Of a stretch of DNA of 41,538 nucleotides, positions 1-8,849 are shown piece after piece. This DNA comes from Thermoplasmatales archaeon SW_10_69_26 (GTDB lineage Archaea > Thermoplasmatota > SW-10-69-26). A program made the position numbers and the translations under genes. The stretch covers positions 1 through 41,538 of the forward strand of contig PXUB01000020.1 of assembly GCA_003009755.1 (NCBI GenBank), written 5' to 3'. Under the pieces are notes generated by a model that ran no database searches, was not told the origin of the DNA, and worked only from the letters and a program-made list of their open reading frames with translations. Every line of letters begins with the position of its first letter. The stretch's first letter is position 1.

Positions 1-40
1 GCGGATCCTCGCGAGAGTCCGGATCTTCGATCCGGGCGAA

Positions 41-113
41 CCTTCGTCTCGGCTCCGCGCTTTCACCGCCTGAGGGCGGCGAGAGCTTAACCCAAGCATA
101 GCCGGCAGTCTAG
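41..113. mobile_element. Right end of CTAG-bounded hairpin-rich repeat element (family B), truncated by the window edge
   Basis: 41-113 (ccttcgtctcggctccgcg...gagagcttaacccaagcatagccggcagtctag) closely matches 13570-13643. The terminal CTAG at 110-113 contains the stop codon of the minus-strand CorC/HlyC gene. Confidence 0.8.
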
Positions 114-1456
114 CCGTCGTCGGCGTCCTCGTCCGCGTCGGTGTCCGCCTCGGTGGGGATCTCGGTCGCGATGACCTCGCGCACCTGGCGCTCGGTGCGG
201 TCCATGACGGTGAACCGCCAGCCGCCGATCTCGACGGACTCGCCGCGGGCGGGGACCCGGCCCTCGACCTTGACGATGAGGCCGCCGACCGTGGCCACGT
301 CGGGGTCCTCGCTGGTGAGGCCGATCAAGTGCTCGACGTCGTGCAGGGGAGCATCGCCGCGCAACAGGACCCGATCGCCCGGCAGGCGGACGTAGTCGGC
401 CGGCTCCTCGTCGAAGGTGTCCTCGATCTCGCCGACGAGCTCCTCGAGCAGGTCCTCTGTCGTCACGATGCCCTCCATGCCGCCGTGCTCGTCGGCGACG
501 ATCGCCATCTTCTGGTTGGCGTCGAGCAGGCTCACCAGCGCTTGGTCGAGCGTCGCCGTCTCCGGGACGACGACGGGGGGGTGAGCCAGCGATCGGAGGA
601 GATCGGGGTCCTCGTCCTCGGCCAGGAAGGCGATGTCCTTGAGGTGGACGACGCCGACGACGTCGTCGATGTCGCCGTCGACGACCGGGAAGCGGGCATG
701 CCCGCTGGCCCGGGCACGGTCGAGGTTCTCGGGCAGCGGGTCCCCGAGGTCGAGGGCGACGACCTGGGTGCGGTGAGTCATGATCTGTCGAACGGTGAGG
801 CGTCGCAGGAAGAACACGTTGGAGAGGACGTCCCGTGCCAGGGAGGAGGACATCTGGCTCTCACCGAGACGTGTGACGATGTGCTCGATCTCCGCCTCGC
901 TGTGCAGCGACGTCGTGGCCGCTTCGGGATCGACGCCCAGTGCCCGCAACAGCAGCAGGGCCGATCCGTTGAACAGCTTCATCGCCGGCCACGACAGGTA
1001 GTAGAAGACCTGCATCGGGCGGGCGACGTGCCGTGTCGTGCCGACCGTGTGCCGGATGGCCAGGCTCTTGGGTGCCAGCTCGCCGACGACGACGTGCAGG
1101 AACGTGATGATGCTGAACGCGATCACGAATGCGGTCGAGTGCAGCACCGTCGGGTTCGTGATGCCGCCGGCGGCCAGCACGGGCTCGATCAGGCTGGCGA
1201 TCGCCGGTTCGCCGACCCATCCCAGGCCCAGGCTGGCCGCGGTGATGCCGAGCTGCGTGACGCCGAGATAGGCGTCGAGGTTGTCGAGGATCGACTGGGC
1301 CACGTTCGCCCGAGGGTCGCCCCGACGATGGAGGGCCTCCACCTGGGTGGGACGGATCTTGACGATCGCGAACTCGGCCGCGACGAAGAACCCGTTGAGG
1401 AAGACCAGGAAGGCGGCCAGAGCCAGGTAGAGGGCGTCGATGCCGCTCAGGACCAC
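110..1456 (-). CDS. HlyC/CorC family (CNNM-CBS-CorC) transporter
   Basis: N-terminal LNGFFVAAEFA and QLGIT...LGLGW...GELAPKS (DUF21), tandem CBS motifs (HARFPV, DEHGGMEGIVTTEDLLEELVGEI) and a C-terminal CorC domain. Confidence 0.93.
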   Translation of the reverse strand: MVLSGIDALYLALAAFLVFLNGFFVAAEFAIVKIRPTQVEALHRRGDPRANVAQSILDNLDAYLGVTQLGITAASLGLGWVGEPAIASLIEPVLAAGGITNPTVLHSTAFVIAFSIITFLHVVVGELAPKSLAIRHTVGTTRHVARPMQVFYYLSWPAMKLFNGSALLLLRALGVDPEAATTSLHSEAEIEHIVTRLGESQMSSSLARDVLSNVFFLRRLTVRQIMTHRTQVVALDLGDPLPENLDRARASGHARFPVVDGDIDDVVGVVHLKDIAFLAEDEDPDLLRSLAHPPVVVPETATLDQALVSLLDANQKMAIVADEHGGMEGIVTTEDLLEELVGEIEDTFDEEPADYVRLPGDRVLLRGDAPLHDVEHLIGLTSEDPDVATVGGLIVKVEGRVPARGESVEIGGWRFTVMDRTERQVREVIATEIPTEADTDADEDADDG

Positions 1457-1523
1457 GCGCCCATGTCAGGTCAGAACCCTGTGAAGTGCCTTCCCCTGGT
1501 TACGCGTGATCCGGGCGCGGGCC

Positions 1524-1886
1524 TCACGCATCGGGGTCGTCGGCCTCGTCGATCGCCTCGGCCATGTCGGCCGCGGCGCGGTAGGCCTCGGCGGCTTGAT
1601 CGAGCGCGCTGGCGGCCTCGCGCAGCTCGTCGGCGCCGCGCTCGTCGCCGGCGATCGGGTGGTCGAGGGACATGTCGGCGTTCTTCACGCTCTCGGCCTT
1701 GCGCTGGGCGGTCTCGACGAGCGTGCGCGCCTCGTCGACGCCCTGGGCCCGCACCGCGCCGGCCATCCCGCCGACGAGCGAGTACGCCATGCGGGCGCTG
1801 AGACCGGCCTGCACGATCGCGTCGACGACGGCTCGGTCCTGCTGGGTCTCCTCGATCCCGGAGCTGGGCTGTTCGGGGGAGGGCAT
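1524..1886 (-). CDS. Hypothetical acidic alpha-helical protein (about 120 aa)
   Basis: Acidic, Ala-rich stretch from ATG 1886 (MPSPEQPSS...) with host-like composition. No family recognised. Confidence 0.65.
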   Translation of the reverse strand: MPSPEQPSSGIEETQQDRAVVDAIVQAGLSARMAYSLVGGMAGAVRAQGVDEARTLVETAQRKAESVKNADMSLDHPIAGDERGADELREAASALDQAAEAYRAAADMAEAIDEADDPDA

Positions 1887-2307
1887 CGAGGCGGGCACGC
1901 GGCACGGGGCTGATAAGCGTTCATGCGGCGACGGACAGCGAACGTGCATCCATCGTTGGCAAGGCTCACAGAGGCGCAGAGGAGGCGAGGCAGGGAGGCA
2001 GAGGCAACATGAGGGTGGAGAGCCGACGGACCGACGATCGCGAAGCCGCTCTCGCCCACGGAGACGCCCGGCGCGATGGCGCCGCCCTCGAAGCGGACCG
2101 CGTCGTCGCTCGACGCCGACGACAGGGAGCGTTGAGTGCTCAGCTCTGCGTCGACGTCGAGTCGGACGTTCTCTCGCCTCTTCCCCCTCGGCTTCATCGA
2201 CGGCGGGGTGCGGGTTAAGGATCACAGAACAGGCGGGCCAGGGAGAAGGAAAGGGGAAGACTCCGCAACGGGGATCCGCTGCGGAGCCGGGGGACCGATG
2301 GCACCGG

Positions 2308-3144
2308 TCAGCCGCGCCGCACGCGCAGCGCCCCGACAGCGCCCACGCTACCGAGGGCCGCCATCGCGACCAGCGCCGGGTTCCCGAAGAACGGGATCGC
2401 CGTCACCTCGACGGTGTGACAGTCCTCGGCCTCGCCGGCCCCGTTGGCCGCCGTGACCTCGTAGGTGTACGTGGTCTCGGCCTCCGTCTCGGTGTCCGTG
2501 TAGCTGGTATCGTTGACCTCGGCGACGTGGGTCATCTCGCCATCCGCCTGAGCACGGTAGACGTGGTACGCGCTCGCGTTGGCGGAGGCCTCCCAGTCGA
2601 GGCGGATGTTCTCGTTCTGCTGGGCTTGCGCCTTGAGGTTCTCCGGGCAGGCCGGCGGCTGGTCCTCGGCGGGCTCTTCGTGGTCGTCAGGGCATTCCGC
2701 GTAGTCGAAGGTGTGGGATTCGGTCTCGTGGGCGCGGGTCTCGCCGGCGGTGGACTGGATCCTCCACTGCCCCGAATCGTGCAGCGTGATCGGGCCGACC
2801 TCGAAGTCCCAGCCGCCGGATGCGTTCTCGGTACCGGTCCAGTTCGCGACCTCGTGCGTGTGGGCTGTCGGTCCACCCAGCTGGTGGTGGGCAACGATCG
2901 TCCCGTTCGGGTGGCTCATGTTGTACCCTCGGATCCAGAACTCGCATCCGAGTTGGCCCTGCTCGAAGGCTCCATCGGCCGTCTCGGGCTCGCCATCTCG
3001 GCTATCGTGGAACGTGAGCGTCCCGTGCTCGTCCGTCTCAGTGTGCGCGGCCGCTCCGCCAGCCATGGCTCCGAACGCCATCAGCGCCACGAGGGCGAAA
3101 CCGATGCCCCGACGCAGTTCGTTGTTGATTCGATCGAACATCAT
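2308..3144 (-). CDS. Exported surface protein with fibronectin type III domain and C-terminal sorting/anchor signal
   Basis: Signal peptide (RRGIGFALVALMAFGAMAGGAAA), FN3 pattern (PENLKA..IRLDW...YHVYR...YTD...YTYEVTAAN) and C-terminal IPFFG + TM helix + RVRRG. Confidence 0.85.
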   Translation of the reverse strand: MMFDRINNELRRGIGFALVALMAFGAMAGGAAAHTETDEHGTLTFHDSRDGEPETADGAFEQGQLGCEFWIRGYNMSHPNGTIVAHHQLGGPTAHTHEVANWTGTENASGGWDFEVGPITLHDSGQWRIQSTAGETRAHETESHTFDYAECPDDHEEPAEDQPPACPENLKAQAQQNENIRLDWEASANASAYHVYRAQADGEMTHVAEVNDTSYTDTETEAETTYTYEVTAANGAGEAEDCHTVEVTAIPFFGNPALVAMAALGSVGAVGALRVRRG

Positions 3145-3429
3145 CGCCACCTGCGTCACCCCGTCCCCGGACAGGTGAGATAAGGGTGCTGAGGGACAGA
3201 GATGATGCCCCTCAGGTCTGTCCACGACCTCGGGGTAACCCCTGGGCATATCTCGGAGAGGCAGACATCGTCGCGGGCGAACACGTTGGGACGCCCGCGT
3301 GAGGGTGACCTCTCACGAAGTCGTGCTGGCCGGGGTCTGAACCGCTGGGGTGGACGAGTGGGTCGAACCTCTCGACCCTTGGGCGCCCGTGCCAGAACTT
3401 TTGATTCTATGGCGCCGTGTACATCCTTT

Positions 3430-3690
3430 TGTGCGTCCCATCGCCAGTACTGCTCCTCGACCCCCTCGGGCTCCTTGATCCCGGTCTCCACCAGCGGCTT
3501 CGAGACGTTGGCGATCTTCTCCTCGTCCCGAGCGTCGACGGGGGCGAAATCGACCTCGACGTTGATGCCGAGGACGTCGTGGTACAGCTCGGGCGCGAAC
3601 TGGCGCACGCGGCGCTGGTAGGGTTGGATCCTCTCGGCGAGCAGCATCTTGCGCTGGACCTGGCTGGTGGCGCAGTTGCTGTCGTCGGGG
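3430..3690 (-). pseudogene. Probable fragment of a phage portal protein (C-terminal part)
   Basis: Translation SNCATSQVQRKMLLAERIQPYQRRVRQF..ELYHDVLGINVEVDFAPVDARDEEKIANVSKPLVETGIKEPEGVEEQY resembles HK97-type portal C-termini. No intact N-terminus. Boundaries approximate. Confidence 0.5.
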
Positions 3691-3723
3691 TGGTCGGCCG
3701 TGCCTGCGTGACGAACCGCCGCT

Positions 3724-4035
3724 TCAGGCCCGTACGCCCTCCTCCTCGATGATGCTCGGCAGCAGGCCATCCTGGCCCGCCTCGTACTCCTCGGGGGTGT
3801 AGCAGACGACGTCGAGGGGCACAACGCCGAGGGCCTGACGCACGAGGCGGCGGACGAGACGCTGCCGCTGGGGGAACCGCATCTCTTGGAAGTCGGGCGA
3901 GACGACCGCGACGTCCCAGTCGCTGTCCTCGTCGTGCGTCCCGCGGACGCGGGATCCGAACACGATCACGTCCTGGAGGTCGAGCTCCGTCGCTAGTTCC
4001 GCTTGGATCCGTTCGACAGCGTCTTCCGGGTCCAG
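3724..4035 (-). CDS. Minimal nucleotidyltransferase (MNT) antitoxin
   Basis: FGSRVRG...DSDWD motif. The frame extends to a CTG at 4035 preceded by GGAGGTGA and overlaps the HEPN gene end. Confidence 0.88.
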   Translation of the reverse strand: MDPEDAVERIQAELATELDLQDVIVFGSRVRGTHDEDSDWDVAVVSPDFQEMRFPQRQRLVRRLVRQALGVVPLDVVCYTPEEYEAGQDGLLPSIIEEEGVRA

Positions 4036-4379
4036 GTGATCACCTCCTCGGCGGCGGCGACCAGCGGGTCGACGTCTTCGGCCGTCAGCTCCAAGTCCGT
4101 CGCGTCGGGATATCGGCTTCGGACGTAGTAGGGGGTGACGGTGTCGGCGGCGTCAAGGATCCCCTGGGGGGCCTCCAGCGTCTCGGCGAGCACGAAGCAG
4201 TCGTGGGTCCGGACGAGGTCCTCGCCTCGGTCCACCAGCCCCGCCTTCAACGCCTTCTCGACCGCCTGCTGGAGCAGGAAGGCGGCGTGCTCGAAGCGCC
4301 CCTCGCGGGCGAGCAGCTGCCCGACCTCCAGGTCGTCCTGGGCTTGGTCGAGCCACTCCTCGGCTCCGGTGGAGCTCAC
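3993..4379 (-). CDS. HEPN domain protein (HEPN-MNT module)
   Basis: WLDQAQDDL...AAFLLQQAVEKALKA...RTHD...YVRSRYPD, typical archaeal HEPN. GTG start at 4379. Confidence 0.9.
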   Translation of the reverse strand: MSSTGAEEWLDQAQDDLEVGQLLAREGRFEHAAFLLQQAVEKALKAGLVDRGEDLVRTHDCFVLAETLEAPQGILDAADTVTPYYVRSRYPDATDLELTAEDVDPLVAAAEEVITWTRKTLSNGSKRN

Positions 4380-4540
4380 GGGCCCGAAGGCGGCCGGACC
4401 GCCCAAGAAGCCTTCGATGGGTCGCGACCGGAACAACGGACTCCCTTCAGCCATCATGTTCCCCTCCGCCGACCGCTCCCTCATCCTCCTCTTCCCCTTC
4501 GGCCTCCTCGAGCCTCCCGTCTTCCCCTTCCTCCCCCGCC

Positions 4541-4580
4541 CTCTGCTGCCCTCTGCTGCCCTCTGCTGCCCTCTACTTCC
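4541..4580. repeat. 10-bp tandem repeat (CTCTGCTGCC x3 plus one degenerate unit) in a pyrimidine-rich tract
   Basis: Directly visible at 4541-4570, plus ctctacttcc at 4571-4580. Confidence 0.85.
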
Positions 4581-4624
4581 CTGCTCCTCTGCGTGTTCGC
4601 TTTGACGACGGAGCCCCCTTCCCC

Positions 4625-5428
4625 TCACCCCAACGCCACGTCGAGCACCATCATGATCGTGAAACCGAGCATGGTGGCGATCGTGACGGTGTCCTCGTAC
4701 CCGTGGCGGTGGGCCTCGGGGACGACCTCCTCGACGACGACGTAGATCATGGCGCCGGCCCCGAACGCGAGCGCGTAGGGCAACAACGGGTCGACGATGG
4801 ACACCAGCAGGGCGCCGGTGACGCCGGCGACGACCTCGACGATGCCGGAGAACTGGCCCAGGCCGAAGCTCTTGGCGCGGGACAGCCCCAGCCGGCGGAA
4901 GGGGACGCTGACGGCCATGCCCTCGGGCATGTTCTGGATGCCGATGCCGATGGCGAGCGCGGTCGCGGCCGCGATCGCTTGCGGGTCCCCGCCGGCGGCG
5001 CCGAAGGCGACCCCGACGGCCAGGCCCTCCGGGATGTTGTGCAGGGTCATCGCCGCCCACAGCAGCGTGGTGCGCTCCCAGGTCGTCTGCAGGCCCTCGG
5101 CCAGCTGGCGAGGTTGGCCCAGGTGCAGGTGCGGGACGACCTTGTCGAGGCCCCAGACGAAGGCACCGCCGAGCAGGAAGCCGATCGCGGGCGGCACCCA
5201 GACGGGCAGCGCGCTGTCGAGGGCGTGCTCGAGGGCGGGCGCCAGCAGCGAGAAGTAGCTGGCGGCGACCATGACGCCGGCGGCGAAGCCCAGCGCTCCG
5301 TCGAGCAGGCGCGGGGAGAACTCGCGCTTGAGGAAGACGGTCGCCGCGCCGGCGGCCGTCAGCGCCCAAGTGAGCGTGGTGCCCATGAGGGCGAGCAGGA
5401 CCGGGTGAGCGTCGGGGAGCCAGGCCAA
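4625..5428 (-). CDS. ZIP family metal transporter (ZupT/GufA-like)
   Basis: LGFAAGVMVAAS, HNIPEGLAVG, IQNMPEG and GAMIYVVVEEVVPE motifs. Probable TTG start at 5428. Confidence 0.93.
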   Translation of the reverse strand: MAWLPDAHPVLLALMGTTLTWALTAAGAATVFLKREFSPRLLDGALGFAAGVMVAASYFSLLAPALEHALDSALPVWVPPAIGFLLGGAFVWGLDKVVPHLHLGQPRQLAEGLQTTWERTTLLWAAMTLHNIPEGLAVGVAFGAAGGDPQAIAAATALAIGIGIQNMPEGMAVSVPFRRLGLSRAKSFGLGQFSGIVEVVAGVTGALLVSIVDPLLPYALAFGAGAMIYVVVEEVVPEAHRHGYEDTVTIATMLGFTIMMVLDVALG

Positions 5429-5531
5429 GCATGCCGGGCAACCCGACCGCCTGGCATGAAGATGTGGGCGGGCCGGCGAGGGTCGCTGGCGGCCCGCAAC
5501 GTTCATGCCTCGAGCGTGGGTCCCCGACGCG

Positions 5532-6215
5532 ATGGACACGGCCAACGATCCCCGGCTGAGGGTCGTCGAGCAGGCGCTGGTGGACGTCGAGGAGCGGATC
5601 CGCCACGGTCACATCAAGGCGCAATACGACCGCGATGGCGCCCAGGCGGCGATCGAGGCGGGGTCCTCGGCGCTGCAGGAGCTGAAATACACCTACGCCG
5701 ACCCCGACCAGCTGGTGTCGATGGAGGCCTTCGACCGGCTGGAGACCAGCGCCGACGAGCTGGAGGCAGCGATGGGCGGGGACAGCTTCCACGAGGAGAT
5801 CGAGGAGGACGCGTTGGCCGTCGCCCGGCTGCGCTGGACGATCGACCAGATCCGGTCGCTGGCCGACCGGCTGTCCCTGGACAGCGACGAGCTGGAGACC
5901 GCCGTCGAGGTCCGCCCGGGCCGCGTGATCAGCGTGCGCGAGCACCCCGACGGCGACATCTGGATGACGCGCGTGGCGGCCGGGCGCTCGCTGCCCGTCG
6001 TGACCAACGATGGATCCGTCGACGACGACGATCAGGTCGGCGTGGCGCTGCTGCCGCCGACGGAGATCCACGGCGCCGTGAGCGAGGGCATGTTCCTCGG
6101 CGACGCCGACGGCGTCCTGACGGGCGTCGAGGAGGGGGCCGAGGGTCGGCCCGACGTGCCCGCGGGGGCCTACGCGGAGACGCGGAACACGCTCGACGGG
6201 TTCCTGCAGGATTAG
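5532..6215 (+). CDS. Archaeal tRNA-binding (Trbp111/CsaA-like OB-fold) domain protein
   Basis: MDT..DPRL N-terminus. C-terminal OB fold with SVREHPDGD..VVTND...VALLPP..HGAVSEGMFLG. Confidence 0.85.
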   Translation: MDTANDPRLRVVEQALVDVEERIRHGHIKAQYDRDGAQAAIEAGSSALQELKYTYADPDQLVSMEAFDRLETSADELEAAMGGDSFHEEIEEDALAVARLRWTIDQIRSLADRLSLDSDELETAVEVRPGRVISVREHPDGDIWMTRVAAGRSLPVVTNDGSVDDDDQVGVALLPPTEIHGAVSEGMFLGDADGVLTGVEEGAEGRPDVPAGAYAETRNTLDGFLQD

Positions 6216-7270
6216 GAGGCGTCCACGAACCCGGACGCGACCAGGTCCTGGGGTCCGAGGCTGGCGTAGTTGCTCACGAAGAACGTCGTGTCGCCGCTCG
6301 CGCCGGGCACGGCCACGATGGCTTCGTTCGGCGAGGCGCCGGAGACGATACCCACCCCGGTGCCGGTCCGAAGGTGGCCGGGCCACTGGGCGCCCCATTG
6401 ACCGACGAACGTGGCCGGGATCGGCCCGAAGCAGCCCTCGCAGTACCCGTCGGTCGGGTCGACGTGGAGGTTGTAGAACCCGTTCTGGCCGGGCCCGATG
6501 GCGCCGAACACCTGCTCGTCGCCGGTGACGGGGACGGTCACCTCGCCGCAGCCTTGCCCGCAGACCAGCCCGTAGCCGGTGTAGGCGTTGCCGAGCGCGG
6601 TGTGCGTGCCCGCGGCGCGCATGTCGTCGATCCAGTGGGCGAAGCCGGCGTCGGTCACCTCGCCGGAGCCGACGGTGACGTCACCGCTGAGCGTGACGTC
6701 CAGGTTGGCGCTGATGCTGTCGGCGCCGGGCACGGTGATGTACAGGTGGTAGGTGCCGGCGTGGCGGAAGCTCTGGTGCCCCGGATCGTAGGACACGGTG
6801 ACGCCGCTGAAGCTGTCGTGGTCGTGGCCGGTCTCCAGGGCCACGTCGAGGCCGGGCCCGGTGTCGACGCGCAGGTCACCGTTGCCGTCCGGGTCGGCCG
6901 CCACCGCGGCGTCCTCCATCGTCCAGGCAGCCATCTCCGTGAAGCAGGGATCGTCGCCGCCGCCGGGGCAGGCGTTCCCCTGGCTGTCGTGGACGAGGCC
7001 GCCGGTGAGGGAGACGCGTTGGGTCCCGTCGGGGAGGTCGGCTTCGGCGGTGAGCGAGCTGGGCTGTTTGGTGTCGAACTTGCTGGGCGTCGTGATCTCG
7101 AACACGACGGTGTCACCGGGCCCGCCGAGCGTGCGCTCGACCGTGCGCGTGCTGTTGTCGGCGGCCGCTGGCGGACCCAGCGCCGGCACGGTCGCGGTCA
7201 CGAGAGCCAACGCCACAGCGATCGCCGTCCATCGAGAGCCTCGCACGGGGAACCTCCGATCGCGAATCAC
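6212..7270 (-). CDS. Exported hypothetical protein
   Basis: Signal peptide ([25 protein letters not shown]) and a Thr/Gly/Asp-rich, beta-type mature region. Exact start uncertain. Confidence 0.75.
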   Translation of the reverse strand: MIRDRRFPVRGSRWTAIAVALALVTATVPALGPPAAADNSTRTVERTLGGPGDTVVFEITTPSKFDTKQPSSLTAEADLPDGTQRVSLTGGLVHDSQGNACPGGGDDPCFTEMAAWTMEDAAVAADPDGNGDLRVDTGPGLDVALETGHDHDSFSGVTVSYDPGHQSFRHAGTYHLYITVPGADSISANLDVTLSGDVTVGSGEVTDAGFAHWIDDMRAAGTHTALGNAYTGYGLVCGQGCGEVTVPVTGDEQVFGAIGPGQNGFYNLHVDPTDGYCEGCFGPIPATFVGQWGAQWPGHLRTGTGVGIVSGASPNEAIVAVPGASGDTTFFVSNYASLGPQDLVASGFVDAS

Positions 7271-7443
7271 GCCCCGGCGGCATAAGGGTGGCGGGGCGCC
7301 AGCCTCGGGGTTGGTCGGATCGCGGGCACCGAGCCCGGCGACGCCGTCAGCCCGCCCTCGGGCCCCAGCGTTCTTATAGGGGATGGTCTATCCCAGGATA
7401 CCACCCCGAAACCGGGGACCCAGACACGCTGGAGGAGAACCCC

Positions 7444-8709
7444 ATGGCGGACGACAAACCCCACCTCAACCTCGTATTCATCGGTCACGTTGACCACGGC
7501 AAGTCGACCACGGTCGGTCGATTGATGCTCGAAACCGGCCACATCCCGGAGCACCTCATCGAGAACCTCAAGGAGGAGGCCGAGGAGAAGGGCAAGGGCG
7601 GCTTCGAGTTCGCTTACGTAATGGACAACCTGAAGGAAGAGCGCGAGCGCGGCGTCACCATCGACATCGCCCACAAGGAGTTCGACACCGACGAGTACTA
7701 CTTCACGATCATCGACGCTCCCGGCCACCGGGACTTCGTGAAGAACATGATCACGGGCGCCTCGCAGGCCGACGCGGCCGTGCTCGTCGTCGACGCCAAG
7801 GACGGCGTCATGGCTCAGACCAAGGAGCACCTCTTCCTCGCCCAGACGCTGGGCGTCGAACAGCTCATCGTGGCCATCAACAAGATGGACGCGGTCGACT
7901 ACGACGAGCAGCGCTTCGAGGAGGTCAAAGAGCGCGTCGGCAAGCTCGCCAAGGGTATCGGGTTCGACCCCAGCGGTCTCCCGTTCATCCCCGTCTCCGC
8001 GCTCAACGGCGCCAACGTGGCCGAGGTCCACGACGACATGCAGTGGGCCGACCAGACCCTGCTCGAGGCCCTGAACGACCTGACGGTCCCCGAGAAGCCG
8101 GTCGACAAGCCGCTGCGGATCCCGATCCAGGACGTCTACTCCATCACCGGGATCGGCACGGTCCCCGTCGGGCGCATCGAGACGGGCGTGCTGAAGGTCG
8201 ACGACGCGATCACCTTCCAGCCCTCCGACGTCGACGGCGAGTGCAAGTCGATCGAGATGCACCACGAGGAGGTCCCCGAGGCTGAGCCCGGGGACAACGT
8301 CGGGTTCAACACCCGCGGCATCGGCAAGGACGACATCCGCCGCGGGGACGTCGCCGGTCACCCGGACGACCCGCCGCGCGTGGCCCGCACGTTCAACGCT
8401 CGCGTGATCGTGCTCAACCACCCGAGCGTGATCGCCGAGGGCTACACCCCGGTGTTCCACATCCACACCTCGCAGGTGGCCTGCCAGTTCGAGGAGCTGT
8501 TGACGAAGATGGACGCCAAGACCGGCGAGGTCAAGGAGGAGGACCCCGACTTCCTCAAGACCGGCGACGCTGGCATGGTGAAGATCCGACCCACTCGCGC
8601 GGTCTCGATCGAGACCACCGACGACAACCAGCACATGGCTCGCTTCGCCATCCGCGACATGGGGCAGACCGTCGCGGCGGGCCTGTGCACCGAGATCGAG
8701 GACCGCTGA
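7444..8709 (+). CDS. tuf: Translation elongation factor EF-1alpha (archaeal EF-Tu)
   Basis: [42 protein letters not shown] and [14 protein letters not shown] motifs. SD-like GGAGGAG before ATG 7444. Confidence 0.99.
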   Translation: MADDKPHLNLVFIGHVDHGKSTTVGRLMLETGHIPEHLIENLKEEAEEKGKGGFEFAYVMDNLKEERERGVTIDIAHKEFDTDEYYFTIIDAPGHRDFVKNMITGASQADAAVLVVDAKDGVMAQTKEHLFLAQTLGVEQLIVAINKMDAVDYDEQRFEEVKERVGKLAKGIGFDPSGLPFIPVSALNGANVAEVHDDMQWADQTLLEALNDLTVPEKPVDKPLRIPIQDVYSITGIGTVPVGRIETGVLKVDDAITFQPSDVDGECKSIEMHHEEVPEAEPGDNVGFNTRGIGKDDIRRGDVAGHPDDPPRVARTFNARVIVLNHPSVIAEGYTPVFHIHTSQVACQFEELLTKMDAKTGEVKEEDPDFLKTGDAGMVKIRPTRAVSIETTDDNQHMARFAIRDMGQTVAAGLCTEIEDR

Positions 8710-8725
8710 ACCTCGCTCCCACGGC

Positions 8726-8767
8726 CCCCTGAGGGGGGCCTGTTTCCCCTTCTTCTCCTCTTCTCCG
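8726..8767 (+). terminator. Putative terminator after tuf
   Basis: Short C-run/G-run hairpin (ccccctgagggggg) followed by a T/C-rich tract. Confidence 0.5.
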
Positions 8768-8849
8768 CTCGCCGGCCAGCGGCGCCTGGGTCCGGCCCCG
8801 CGTTCCGCTGCCCTAGGCCCTTTCCGGGTGGTCGGTGTTGCAGGGCTCG

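Noticed and set aside
1685-2197. Minus-strand 170-aa ORF
   Set aside because: No recognisable family; it runs through a low-complexity tract and overlaps the better-supported 1524-1886 ORF.
3345-3380. tRNA 3'-end-like string on the minus strand (gtcgagaggttcgacccactcgtccacccca) next to the portal relic, a possible att site
   Set aside because: The T-stem does not pair properly and no cloverleaf or second copy is in the window.
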